Source: Escherichia phage moha | Sequence record: MN850590.1 | Length of the DNA: 64,000 nt | Direction: 5' to 3' (one strand) | Shown here: positions 26,941 to 36,331 of the stretch, one piece after another | How the letters are laid out: every line of letters starts with the position of its first letter | Position numbering within the stretch: position 1 is the first letter of the stretch | Notes under the pieces: model-generated | The model's input: only the letters and a program-made list of their open reading frames with translations | Database searches by the model: none | What the model was told of the DNA's origin: nothing | Program-made: the position numbers and the translations under genes

Positions 26941-27870
26941 ATGGCTTTTATTACACGCAAAGAACTTATCAAAGAATTTACTTCGTATAACGACAAAACC
27001 ACCTACCCTAAGCGTAAAGCTCGGACTCCTGCGCAGATTGAACAGATATGTGCGTACTACGGGATTAATTCTCGCAAATTCAGCGACTTTGAATGTGCTA
27101 CCAATGTGCCTGTTAAAGAGCTCACTAAAAATGGCGAGTTCGCTCGTGTTCTGGCTAAACAGAAACTTCGTAATTTTTGTATTGGCGGCGAAGGCCAATA
27201 TTTTGCTAAGCAGTTCCGAAATAACCTTAACAATCTGATGGCTATTGCTTCTCGTATTCGTTCGCAATCAGTTAACATGAAGCATCTGAAGTATACTTAC
27301 GATAAGTTAGAAATCATGGTTATCAGTGAGAACGAGTTCACTCTCACATATAAACCCGAGAACGATAACGTCGCTCGTGTATTCAACCAAGCGTTGGAAG
27401 TGTTAGGCGATAATATTCATCAGATTAAAGCAATTTATTCTCGTGAGCTTAATATTATCGACCCTGTCAAGAATAAGGGTCATATCGCTATTCAAGCTCG
27501 TGTATCTGTTGGTAAAAAAGTTCCTGCACCGTGGTGGCACAAAGACTCTGAGTATTACCAAAATCTTAAAAAGGAAAATGCAATGTTCGAAGGCAATATT
27601 ACAGCAACACCAGTCGGTAATGCAGAGGTTCTAAGCGCATATTCTACTGCTCCATCTATATACACTTCCGCGACGACTAAACTGGAAATCTCTAACAACC
27701 TTCTTCCAGCCGAAGATTACCATTACAACCAAATCAAGGTCACTGTGGACCAACTGTCTGTTGAACTTGACAAAGCACAAGCTAAGCTTCGTGATGCTCA
27801 AAGTGTTGTAACGAATCTCCAGTTGCAGTATTCTAAACTTTTTAACGCAATGAATGCATTAAAATCATAA
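26941..27870 (+). CDS. hypothetical protein with C-terminal coiled coil
   Basis: 309 aa. Confidence 0.85.
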   Translation: MAFITRKELIKEFTSYNDKTTYPKRKARTPAQIEQICAYYGINSRKFSDFECATNVPVKELTKNGEFARVLAKQKLRNFCIGGEGQYFAKQFRNNLNNLMAIASRIRSQSVNMKHLKYTYDKLEIMVISENEFTLTYKPENDNVARVFNQALEVLGDNIHQIKAIYSRELNIIDPVKNKGHIAIQARVSVGKKVPAPWWHKDSEYYQNLKKENAMFEGNITATPVGNAEVLSAYSTAPSIYTSATTKLEISNNLLPAEDYHYNQIKVTVDQLSVELDKAQAKLRDAQSVVTNLQLQYSKLFNAMNALKS

Positions 27871-27910
27871 AATAGTTTACAACCAAGGATGGTTGGAGTA
27901 TAATGAATCT
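27849..27910 (+). repeat. direct repeat copy B
   Basis: see copy A. Confidence 0.85.
27875..27904 (+). promoter_or_regulatory. early promoter
   Basis: -35 GTTTACA / 17 bp / -10 TATAAT. Confidence 0.6.
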
Positions 27911-27932
27911 ATCTTAACGAGAGGAAAATATT

Positions 27933-28883
27933 ATGACACGTTCACATTACATTGAATACTTTGCAGGTCTTATCGCTAACGTTCATGCCCAACGTGCTTC
28001 TGGTGCACTAGGATTTGATGTTCCACACCGAGATGTAGTAAGTGGTATTCTTCGCGATTTTGGTACATACATAGGCCAAGAAAATCATATCTGTAAAGAT
28101 ACTCAAAATGCGTATTCTCATTCGTTAGGGACGTTGCTTCAATGGTTCAAACGTTCTCGTTTATTATCTTCTACTGTAGCTCGCGATAACATTAAAAACT
28201 TTATGAAGCCGAGCTTTATTAAATCTGTGACATCTAAAACCGATTTGGTTGAATTCACTATTGTTAATGATGTTAAAAAGACTCATTTGGCTGATTGGTT
28301 ATCTACCATTCCTGAAACTAAATTTGCTGATAAATTTGCTTGTGAATTCAATAACCAAGTGAATATGCTTTTTAAACATTCTCGTAAATTATTCACAGGC
28401 GGCGATGATCGTACAAATAAAGTTCATGTTAAAGATTGGGTTACTGCAGTATTCAAACCAACCGGTAATGGTAACGCATCATTATCAATTGATATCCAGG
28501 TTCCTTATTACTACTCACGTAATCTCGGTACCATGAAAGCCGAAGAAATTAATAAGCGCAACAAAACCATTCGTTCGCTGTCTTATAAACTTCGCATGAT
28601 GTTAAGAATCATGGACGTGGTAGAAATGTATGATGAAACCGAAGATAATGGTTCAATGTTATACAGTTCTCGCATTCAAATTAAGTTGAAGAACCCTAAC
28701 GAGTATAAGCCTAAGCCTATTAAAGAGCCTAAAGCAGAAAAAGTTGATAACTTAAGAGAAGAACGCGAATATCTCAAATCTCGTCTGAAAGAAGTCGAAG
28801 CCCAGATTGCAGAACAAACTAAATCGTTAAAAGCTCTGAATGCGAAAGCGGATGGTTTACGAAATGCCATTGAGGTGTTATAA
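27933..28883 (+). CDS. hypothetical protein with C-terminal coiled coil
   Basis: 316 aa. Confidence 0.85.
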   Translation: MTRSHYIEYFAGLIANVHAQRASGALGFDVPHRDVVSGILRDFGTYIGQENHICKDTQNAYSHSLGTLLQWFKRSRLLSSTVARDNIKNFMKPSFIKSVTSKTDLVEFTIVNDVKKTHLADWLSTIPETKFADKFACEFNNQVNMLFKHSRKLFTGGDDRTNKVHVKDWVTAVFKPTGNGNASLSIDIQVPYYYSRNLGTMKAEEINKRNKTIRSLSYKLRMMLRIMDVVEMYDETEDNGSMLYSSRIQIKLKNPNEYKPKPIKEPKAEKVDNLREEREYLKSRLKEVEAQIAEQTKSLKALNAKADGLRNAIEVL

Positions 28884-29188
28884 TGAAACTACGTCTTTTA
28901 GAGGATATTGATATGAGCACTAATCATGGCTTGGTTAAGTTTATTGACGATAGTTCAAAGATTGAATTTGTTCAGCGAGATAAAATCCACGGTGAAGAAG
29001 AGTTCGTTCCTCCGGCATGGAACGAAATAATGAAAATGGTTGAACGACGTGAAAATGCTGCCAAATCGGCAGCAAAACATCCATGTCCGGAATGTGGAAC
29101 TATCCAAGTCCAACTGGTTAACTGGACCAGTGATAACTTGAAATTGAAATGCCGTAAATGCTTCCACAAATTTGAGAGAACATTATAA
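28883..29188 (+). CDS. zinc-ribbon protein
   Basis: 101 aa; CPECG...CRKC. Confidence 0.75.
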   Translation: MKLRLLEDIDMSTNHGLVKFIDDSSKIEFVQRDKIHGEEEFVPPAWNEIMKMVERRENAAKSAAKHPCPECGTIQVQLVNWTSDNLKLKCRKCFHKFERTL

Positions 29189-29601
29189 TGAGATATAGCC
29201 TTCGTTGTTTTATCGCAGCTTTAGTTTTTGCTATTATTCCATTCATTTGGAACAGCCAGAATACTTACATGGAAACTAAAGTAATTCCTGTGGAGGTAGT
29301 GGAATTAATCTCAGGTCAATCTACAGGAAAATATTCTAAATTAGAATTTATTGCAGTCTATAAAGATGAGCAAGGACGAGTTTTTGACAGGCGTGTATCG
29401 CCATCGTTTTATACGCTTCTGAATAAAGGTGATACGATAGCTATAGAAATTCGTGAGATGGATATCAAACAAACTACCAAAGATAACTTGATTTGGTTCT
29501 TTGGTACAGTGTTGTTGGTTTCTATCTGTATCACAGGTTTTATTACATGTATTGTATTTGGCATTGCATATTTAATTGATGAAAGGAAAAATAATGTTTA
29601 A
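29188..29601 (+). CDS. membrane protein
   Basis: 137 aa; N- and C-terminal TM helices. Confidence 0.75.
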   Translation: MRYSLRCFIAALVFAIIPFIWNSQNTYMETKVIPVEVVELISGQSTGKYSKLEFIAVYKDEQGRVFDRRVSPSFYTLLNKGDTIAIEIREMDIKQTTKDNLIWFFGTVLLVSICITGFITCIVFGIAYLIDERKNNV

Positions 29602-29857
29602 AGTGTACGGGTATGACTCTACTATTCATAAATGCATTTATTGTGATAATGCGAAACGATTGCTGACTGTTAAGAAACAACCATTCGAATTCATTAATGT
29701 TATGCCGGAAAAAGGTGTGTTCGATGATGAGAAAATTACTGAGCTTCTGGTTAAGCTTGGACGTGAATCACAAGTTGGATTGACTATGCCTCAGGTGTTT
29801 GCTCCTGACGGAAGTCACATTGGTGGATTTGACCAACTACGAGAATATTTTAAATGA
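29594..29857 (+). CDS. nrdC: thioredoxin/glutaredoxin NrdC
   Basis: 87 aa; MFKVYGYDS..HKCIYCDNAKRLL matches T4 NrdC. Confidence 0.9.
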   Translation: MFKVYGYDSTIHKCIYCDNAKRLLTVKKQPFEFINVMPEKGVFDDEKITELLVKLGRESQVGLTMPQVFAPDGSHIGGFDQLREYFK

Positions 29858-30150
29858 GTATTGATTTAACTTTCCCTGGCCCTTATGACCAGGGTGAATT
29901 AGAAGCTTTATTATATCAAGAAATGTGCTCTCGTGCCAAGAACGATATTCAGTATGCTATCGATAATCCATGGGGCGAATTTCGAGTAATGATGGGTAAT
30001 CGAATCATCGGTGTCCAATGGCGATTCGTTGGCCTTGAGCCTGAGGACTATGAAGAAAACGAGCACGGTGACTGGATTCCTGTTGGTGAATATCACTGGG
30101 AATACGGTGGTCCTGATTTTGAAGTCTCTTGTTCATGGGTAGAACAATAA
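29854..30150 (+). CDS. hypothetical protein
   Basis: 98 aa; ATGA overlap. Confidence 0.7.
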   Translation: MSIDLTFPGPYDQGELEALLYQEMCSRAKNDIQYAIDNPWGEFRVMMGNRIIGVQWRFVGLEPEDYEENEHGDWIPVGEYHWEYGGPDFEVSCSWVEQ

Positions 30151-30168
30151 CCTGCTAGAAAATTTTAA

Positions 30169-30525
30169 ATGACATATTCATTAAATCTTAAAGATTTCCA
30201 AGATGTATACGAAGTTTGTGCCAATGAACTTGGTCCTGATGCTCCAACTATTATTGAAGTTTTAAATGTGCTCCCTTCATCATTAGCTTACGAAGCCAAA
30301 TCATGGGGATGGAACGACACTGTCGTTCGTGATGACCTTTACGTCCTGATGAACGACATGATGGTTAAAAAGGCAGAACCGGTTGCACCAATGGTTACCA
30401 TTACCGTTGAAGAATATAATCGCCTGCAAGCCATTGAAGAGCTTCTGTGGAACATTGAATGTGACCTGCCGTCAGGGCTAGAATCCTGGATTGATTATGA
30501 AGAGCTCAATAAACTCCGGGGTTAA
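30169..30525 (+). CDS. hypothetical protein
   Basis: 118 aa. Confidence 0.7.
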   Translation: MTYSLNLKDFQDVYEVCANELGPDAPTIIEVLNVLPSSLAYEAKSWGWNDTVVRDDLYVLMNDMMVKKAEPVAPMVTITVEEYNRLQAIEELLWNIECDLPSGLESWIDYEELNKLRG

Positions 30526-30574
30526 GCCATGGTATTCGGCTCGATGGGAGACAGTCGAGCCAGACGTCGAAACA

Positions 30575-30604
30575 GTTTACAACGACGAAGAAACGTGTTA
30601 TGAT
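30575..30604 (+). promoter_or_regulatory. early promoter
   Basis: -35 GTTTACA / 17 bp / -10 TATGAT; preceded by hairpin GGCTCGA..TCGAGCC. Confidence 0.5.
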
Positions 30605-30653
30605 GAACCTTCAATAAATGAATTAATTGATATGGAGATGGGAAGAGATTATT

Positions 30654-30824
30654 ATGCAAGTTAAATTATTGTACCGTTTATTAAAAAGTGGCGAACACGA
30701 TTGGTATTTGCTTATTAAAACCGATCCGAATTTTTTCTCTGGACAACCATTTACAGTTCGTCCTACTAAACGTCAGCTTCGCAAAGCTAAACGTTCTCAT
30801 CGTAACTTTTATAGAGAATATTGA
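30654..30824 (+). CDS. small basic protein, RPTKRQ-motif family
   Basis: 56 aa ending VRPTKRQLRKAKRSHRNFYREY. Confidence 0.6.
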   Translation: MQVKLLYRLLKSGEHDWYLLIKTDPNFFSGQPFTVRPTKRQLRKAKRSHRNFYREY

Positions 30825-30825
30825 T

Positions 30826-31239
30826 ATGAATATTTCTGAAACTCGCGGTAAATGGTTCAAGATTGTTAAAGAAGATGAAGAACTACAAGTCAAGTTTCCT
30901 GAATTAAAGAAAGATACGATCATCAAGGTAATTGGTACTACTACCGAAGATGGTTATGGCGACCATGGCATTATTGAAGTGATGTTGAACACAGGTGAGA
31001 AACTTTGCATCTATGACCGTGATACTTCTCTTTGGTGCTTCTGGGAATCCCATTCAATAGATGAACTCGAAGAAATTGACCAAGTAGTTTGTGATGGTGG
31101 ACTTGGCGAATTCGAAGGTGAACGTATTTCTTATGCTTTAGCTAAATTAGCCGCCCAAGAAAATAATGACGGTTATGAAGGTAATCTGATGCAAGCCGCA
31201 GCGGAATACATTGAATATTTAGAAAGACGTTTAAGTTAA
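30826..31239 (+). CDS. hypothetical protein
   Basis: 137 aa from ATG 30826. Confidence 0.75.
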   Translation: MNISETRGKWFKIVKEDEELQVKFPELKKDTIIKVIGTTTEDGYGDHGIIEVMLNTGEKLCIYDRDTSLWCFWESHSIDELEEIDQVVCDGGLGEFEGERISYALAKLAAQENNDGYEGNLMQAAAEYIEYLERRLS

Positions 31240-31248
31240 AGGTTTATT

Positions 31249-31428
31249 ATGAAAACTGAACTATTTTATGGCGAAAGAACAAACGGCCAAAAATCCTGGA
31301 AATTTATTATGATTGGGGCTCCAAACAATCCGAACATGAGGACTTCAATCATTTCGGTAACACGTCCTACTAAAAGAATGATTCGACAGTATAAACGTTT
31401 TCATCGAGACTTTTATAACGTTTACTAA
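31249..31428 (+). CDS. small basic protein, RPTKRQ-motif family (not in ORF track)
   Basis: 59 aa, SD aaagg; ends TRPTKRMIRQYKRFHRDFYNVY. Confidence 0.5.
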   Translation: MKTELFYGERTNGQKSWKFIMIGAPNNPNMRTSIISVTRPTKRMIRQYKRFHRDFYNVY

Positions 31429-31430
31429 AT

Positions 31431-31438
31431 TATAAATA
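31431..31438 (+). promoter_or_regulatory. late promoter box upstream of gene 49
   Basis: exact TATAAATA 29 bp before ATG. Confidence 0.5.
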
Positions 31439-31467
31439 CCCTTATCTATATATGGTAAGGGTTTATT

Positions 31468-31941
31468 ATGTTATTATCTGGCAAATTATACAAAGAAGAA
31501 AAACAAAAATTTTATGATGCACAGAATGGTAAGTGTCCTATTTGCCACCGTGAATTAGACTCTGATGTTCAAGGTAACCATCTTGACCACGACCACGAAT
31601 TAAACGGGCCAAAAGCCGGTAGAGTTCGTGGATTACTCTGTAATCTGTGCAACGCAGCAGAAGGCCAAATGAAGCATAAGTTCAATCGTTCCGGTCTTAA
31701 AGGACGTGATGTTGACTACCTCGAATGGCTTGAAGCTCTTCTTGCTTATTTGAAACAAGATTATTCTGATAATAATATCCATCCTAATTTTGTTCCAGAC
31801 AAAACTAAAGAGTTCTCAAGACTAGGTAAAGAGGAAATGATGGCTGAGATGCTTCAAAGAGGATTTGAATATAATGAATCTGACACCAAAACACAGTTAA
31901 TAGCTTCATTTAAGAAGCAACTTAGAAAGAGTTTAAAATGA
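31468..31941 (+). CDS. 49: endonuclease VII (Holliday junction resolvase) gp49
   Basis: 157 aa; CPICHREL..HLDHDHELNG...CNLCN zinc/His-Me region as in T4 endo VII. Confidence 0.9.
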   Translation: MLLSGKLYKEEKQKFYDAQNGKCPICHRELDSDVQGNHLDHDHELNGPKAGRVRGLLCNLCNAAEGQMKHKFNRSGLKGRDVDYLEWLEALLAYLKQDYSDNNIHPNFVPDKTKEFSRLGKEEMMAEMLQRGFEYNESDTKTQLIASFKKQLRKSLK

Positions 31942-33755
31942 CAATTGAAAAAGAAATTGAAGGATTGATTCATAAAACTAATAAAGACCTTTTAAACGAG
32001 AATGCTAATAAAGATTCTCGTGTTTTTCCAACTCAACGGGACCTTATGGCTGGTATTGTGTCTAAACACATTGCCAAAAATATGGTCCCGTCTTTTATTA
32101 TGAAAGCGCATGAAAGCGGAATTATCCATTTCCACGATATTGATTATTCCCCTGCTCTTCCGTTTACTAATTGCTGTTTAGTCGATTTAAAGGGGATGCT
32201 TGAGAACGGATTTAAATTAGGCAATGCTCAAATTGAAACGCCTAAATCGATTGGTGTTGCTACTGCAATTATGGCACAAATTACTGCACAAGTTGCTTCC
32301 CATCAATACGGCGGAACGACTTTTGCTAATGTAGATAAAGTACTTTCTCCTTATGTTAAACGCACCTATGCAAAACATATTGAGGATGCAGAAAAATGGC
32401 AAATCGCTGATGCGTTGAATTATGCTCAATCTAAAACAGAAAAAGATGTATACGATGCATTCCAAGCTTATGAATATGAAGTAAATACTCTTTTTAGTTC
32501 AAACGGGCAAACGCCTTTTGTAACAATTACATTTGGTACGGGAACTGACTGGACTGAACGAATGATTCAGAAAGCAATTCTGAAAAATCGTATTAAAGGT
32601 CTTGGTCGTGATGGGATAACTCCTATTTTTCCTAAACTTGTTATGTTTGTTGAAGAAGGTGTTAATCTTTATAAAGATGATCCAAACTATGATATTAAAC
32701 AACTTGCGTTAGAATGTGCAAGCAAAAGAATGTATCCTGACATTATTTCGGTTAAGAATAATAAAGCTATTACCGGCTCATCTATTCCTGTTTCTCCAAT
32801 GGGTTGTCGTAGTTTCTTGAGCGTATGGAAAGATTCGACTGGTAATGAAATTCTTGATGGACGTAATAATCTTGGTGTTGTAACACTGAATCTTCCTCGT
32901 ATCGCATTAGATTCTTATATTGGAACCCAGTTCAATGAACAGAAATTTGTTGAATTATTCAATGAACGAATGGATTTATGTTTTGAAGCATTGATGTGCA
33001 GAATTAGTTCCTTAAAAGGAGTTAAAGCGACTGTTGCTCCTATTCTTTACCAAGAAGGTGCATTCGGGGTTCGTCTTAAACCTGATGACGACATAATTGA
33101 GTTATTTAAAAACGGTAGAAGTTCAGTGTCTTTAGGGTACATTGGTATTCACGAATTGAATATTCTTGTCGGTCGTGATATTGGGCAAGAAATTTTAACT
33201 AAAATGAATGCTCATCTTAAGCAGTGGACCGAAAGAACTGGATTTGCTTTTAGTTTATATTCTACTCCTGCTGAAAACCTTTGTTATCGCTTCTGTAAAC
33301 TCGATACAGAAAAATATGGAAGCGTAAAAGATGTTACTGATAAAGGCTGGTACACTAATAGTTTCCATGTTTCAGTAGAAGAAAATATTACTCCGTTTGA
33401 AAAGATTTCTCGTGAAGCGCCATATCATTTCATTGCGACAGGTGGTCACATTTCTTACGTTGAACTTCCTGATATGAAAAATAACCTAAAAGGTCTTGAG
33501 GCCGTGTGGGATTATGCTGCACAACATTTAGATTATTTTGGTGTTAATATGCCAGTAGATAAATGTTTTACATGCGGAAGTACCCATGAAATGACTCCTA
33601 CTGAAAACGGATTTGTTTGTTCTATTTGTGGAGAAACTGATCCTAAAAAGATGAACACAATAAGAAGAACATGCGGATATCTTGGAACTCCTAGCGTTGT
33701 TCCATGGAATTTAGGTAAAATGAAAGAAATGGTAAAACGAGTAAAACATGCATAG
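31938..33755 (+). CDS. nrdD: anaerobic ribonucleoside-triphosphate reductase NrdD
   Basis: 605 aa, uninterrupted; C-terminal glycyl radical motif RRTCGYLG and Cys cluster CFTCG..CSICG. Confidence 0.95.
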   Translation: MTIEKEIEGLIHKTNKDLLNENANKDSRVFPTQRDLMAGIVSKHIAKNMVPSFIMKAHESGIIHFHDIDYSPALPFTNCCLVDLKGMLENGFKLGNAQIETPKSIGVATAIMAQITAQVASHQYGGTTFANVDKVLSPYVKRTYAKHIEDAEKWQIADALNYAQSKTEKDVYDAFQAYEYEVNTLFSSNGQTPFVTITFGTGTDWTERMIQKAILKNRIKGLGRDGITPIFPKLVMFVEEGVNLYKDDPNYDIKQLALECASKRMYPDIISVKNNKAITGSSIPVSPMGCRSFLSVWKDSTGNEILDGRNNLGVVTLNLPRIALDSYIGTQFNEQKFVELFNERMDLCFEALMCRISSLKGVKATVAPILYQEGAFGVRLKPDDDIIELFKNGRSSVSLGYIGIHELNILVGRDIGQEILTKMNAHLKQWTERTGFAFSLYSTPAENLCYRFCKLDTEKYGSVKDVTDKGWYTNSFHVSVEENITPFEKISREAPYHFIATGGHISYVELPDMKNNLKGLEAVWDYAAQHLDYFGVNMPVDKCFTCGSTHEMTPTENGFVCSICGETDPKKMNTIRRTCGYLGTPSVVPWNLGKMKEMVKRVKHA

Positions 33756-34578
33756 GTATTATATAATTTATAAAATAACAAATATAATTAATTCAAAGGA
33801 ATATATCGGTGCGCATAGCACCGATAACATAAATGACGGTTATATGGGGTCAGGAACATTGATTCGTGCCGCTTTATTAAAATATGGTAGAAAAAATTTT
33901 AATAAAGAAATTTTACATGTTTTTGATAATGAAAAACAAATGTATGATAAAGAAGCTGAACTTGTAACCGAAGAGTATTGTCTAAAAGAAAATACATATA
34001 ATATTAAACCTGGTGGAAAAGGTGGAACTGCCTATGAACAGACACTTGAACATCGCCGTAAAAATAGTTTAGCAAATAAAGGTAAAAAGAGAACAGAAGA
34101 AACTAAAATAGCTATTTCACGTGCTTTAAAGAAATATAAACGTACGCCAGAGCATCAAGCAAATTTAAATAAAGCCGTAAGCATAGCTATGAAGCGAAAA
34201 GATGTTAGAAGTAAATTAGCTGGAGAGCGGTCTGAGAAAGATAAATTATCTATATCAAACGGTGTTAAAAAATATTACAATTCTTTGAGTGAAGAAGAAC
34301 GCGAACTTCATCGCAAGCGAATTATTGAAGGTAAAAAGAATTCTCCCATGTCATTGGAATCTAGACAAAAGCTTTCAAAAGCTTTAAAAGGGCTTCAAGT
34401 TGGTTCAAAAAATCCAATGTATGGAAAAATTTCTCCAACTAGCAAAACCGTTTCAGTTGACGGTATTAAATATGATTCAATTAAAAAGTGCTCAAATGCC
34501 ATAAAAGTTTCTAGACATCTTATACTAAAACGCTGTAATTCTACTGATGAAGCTTGGAAAAATTGGATATTATTATGA
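33748..34578 (+). CDS. free-standing GIY-YIG homing endonuclease (Seg-like)
   Basis: 276 aa; IIY..(10)..YIGAHS GIY-YIG motif; repeated basic helix motifs in C-terminal half; overlaps nrdD stop by 8 nt. Confidence 0.85.
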   Translation: MHRYYIIYKITNIINSKEYIGAHSTDNINDGYMGSGTLIRAALLKYGRKNFNKEILHVFDNEKQMYDKEAELVTEEYCLKENTYNIKPGGKGGTAYEQTLEHRRKNSLANKGKKRTEETKIAISRALKKYKRTPEHQANLNKAVSIAMKRKDVRSKLAGERSEKDKLSISNGVKKYYNSLSEEERELHRKRIIEGKKNSPMSLESRQKLSKALKGLQVGSKNPMYGKISPTSKTVSVDGIKYDSIKKCSNAIKVSRHLILKRCNSTDEAWKNWILL

Positions 34579-35045
34579 ATTATGATAGATTTTATCCTTG
34601 CGATTTTGTGAATGGCCCTGGTTGCAGGGTCGTTCTTTTCGTTACAGGTTGTTTGCATAAATGCGAAGGGTGTTATAATAAATCAACATGGAATGCTAGA
34701 AATGGTATTCCATTCACCGGAGAGACACTAGAACAATTAATTGAATGTTTGAATAATGATTATATAGAAGGATTGACTATAACCGGAGGTGACCCTCTCT
34801 ATCCTGATAACAGAGATGTGATTCACTCTGTGGTTCAAACTATTAAAAATCTTTATCCCAATAAAAGCATTTGGCTGTGGACAGGATATAAGTTTGAAGA
34901 TATTAAACAGCTAGAAATGCTTAAATATGTTGATGTTATTATTGATGGGAAGTATGAGAAAAATCTTCCGACTAAAAAGCTGTGGCGAGGATCAGATAAT
35001 CAGCGACTTTGGTCAAATACCGATGGGGTGTGGAAACATGATTAA
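34575..35045 (+). CDS. nrdG: anaerobic RNR activating enzyme NrdG (radical SAM)
   Basis: 156 aa from ATG 34575; CLHKCEGC cluster motif. Confidence 0.9.
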   Translation: MNYDRFYPCDFVNGPGCRVVLFVTGCLHKCEGCYNKSTWNARNGIPFTGETLEQLIECLNNDYIEGLTITGGDPLYPDNRDVIHSVVQTIKNLYPNKSIWLWTGYKFEDIKQLEMLKYVDVIIDGKYEKNLPTKKLWRGSDNQRLWSNTDGVWKHD

Positions 35046-35155
35046 ATTGAATTACATTATGGATACTATAAATGATATGATTTTTCGTTTTGGTCCAGAA
35101 TTTTATTCGCAATATAGTTTAATGATTATCAATGCTTAGTTAATTAAGGGTAAAT

Positions 35156-35371
35156 ATGTACAAATTTCGTAAAGGTTTAGCTGATTTTCTTACAACTGTA
35201 ACGTTCTTTTTGTTTATGGCAGTTGGAGCTATTTTTCTTATTCCTTTTACTGGTGTATTTTTCGTGATTAGTTTAATTTCTCCAGAAAAGGGTTTATCCT
35301 CCAGCGAATTCAATGAACGTTTGGACAAAATTACTAATAAACTGAATTCTGTTCTTGATAAAAAGGCTTAA
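35156..35371 (+). CDS. small membrane protein
   Basis: 71 aa. Confidence 0.7.
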   Translation: MYKFRKGLADFLTTVTFFLFMAVGAIFLIPFTGVFFVISLISPEKGLSSSEFNERLDKITNKLNSVLDKKA

Positions 35372-35373
35372 TT

Positions 35374-35691
35374 ATGATTAGTTTTGAGCGGTATGTAGTA
35401 GAGAGTTGGAATGGTTTTGATATGTTCGGTAATGACTATTATTTCTATGAATGTAGTCTGAACCCAAGCTTCTGGGCTGGACGTGAACAAGACCTCGAAG
35501 AAATCAACGCCCGTGCCGATTTGTTAGGTGAACTGCCTACGGTTTATTTTACCTTTGATGAATCCGGCTTCGTTATCCAGGTTTATTTTCCTGAAGAAAA
35601 CTCTGGTGAGGATTCTGTTAATCCTCCTTATTGGGCTTACCAAGGAATTATTTCTCGTGGAACAAAACTCGAACTTAAAGAACAAGATTGA
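35374..35691 (+). CDS. hypothetical protein
   Basis: 105 aa. Confidence 0.7.
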   Translation: MISFERYVVESWNGFDMFGNDYYFYECSLNPSFWAGREQDLEEINARADLLGELPTVYFTFDESGFVIQVYFPEENSGEDSVNPPYWAYQGIISRGTKLELKEQD

Positions 35692-35980
35692 AATTTATGG
35701 CATCCCTGAAGAAGTTGGACGTTGTCCAGGATGTTATACTGTTACAAAACTTTTAAAGGAGCTCAATGCTCCTTATACATTTTATAAAGTCCTCACTAAT
35801 AATGGTAAGATTGAATATGACCGTCCTTTAATCGTATCTCTTGCTAAACGTGCAGGATTCACTTCACTTAATATTCGTTATCCTGTCATATTTTTAAATG
35901 ATAAGAAACAAAAGAATATTGCAGAGTTTAAAAAGTCCTTGATTTCATTAGGATATGACTCTGATATCATAGAAGATTGA
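35657..35980 (+). CDS. nrdH: glutaredoxin-like protein (NrdH-like), start uncertain
   Basis: KIEIYG...CPGCY redoxin motif; only in-frame start near domain is GTG 35657; listed ATG 35528 would overlap upstream gene by 164 nt. Confidence 0.5.
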   Translation: MEQNSNLKNKIEIYGIPEEVGRCPGCYTVTKLLKELNAPYTFYKVLTNNGKIEYDRPLIVSLAKRAGFTSLNIRYPVIFLNDKKQKNIAEFKKSLISLGYDSDIIED

Positions 35981-36004
35981 CCAGGTGCCGCCTGGTCTTC
36001 TTTA
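35978..36004 (+). terminator. terminator-like hairpin
   Basis: GACCAGG-tgccg-CCTGGTC then TTCTTT. Confidence 0.5.
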
Positions 36005-36090
36005 TCTCATTTCTAATATAATCCATTGGAATCTTCACTTCACTATCTCCTTGTGCCCCTCTCAAATCAAAAAAATATTTTCATAAAACA

Positions 36091-36119
36091 GTTTACATCC
36101 TCGATAGATATGTTAAGAT
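36091..36119 (+). promoter_or_regulatory. early promoter
   Basis: -35 GTTTACA / 16 bp / -10 TAAGAT. Confidence 0.45.
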
Positions 36120-36148
36120 TAACACCATCTACCGCAGAGGAAAATAAA

Positions 36149-36331
36149 ATGACAATTGAAGATAAAGAAATTAAGGTTGACCAGTACTATTCTGTCAATG
36201 GTAATGCCATACAGATAACCAGAGTTTCAAGCCTGGATGTTTGGTACCGTTCAATCAAATATCCAGAAATTGGTGAAATGCTTTGTGACCGTGGTATCTT
36301 CTGTTCAATTGCGAAGGAAATTAAGTCATGA
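36149..36331 (+). CDS. hypothetical protein
   Basis: 60 aa from ATG 36149, SD agagga. Confidence 0.6.
   Translation: MTIEDKEIKVDQYYSVNGNAIQITRVSSLDVWYRSIKYPEIGEMLCDRGIFCSIAKEIKS

Noticed and set aside
31938-33755. Possible group I intron in nrdD, as in T4
   Set aside because: The 605-aa reading frame is continuous from start to the C-terminal glycyl radical motif; the endonuclease ORF lies after the stop, so it is free-standing, not intronic.
35528-35980. ATG 35528 as start of the glutaredoxin-like gene
   Set aside because: Would create a 164-nt out-of-frame overlap with the preceding gene; N-terminal extension is hydrophobic junk relative to the redoxin fold; GTG 35657 preferred but uncertain.
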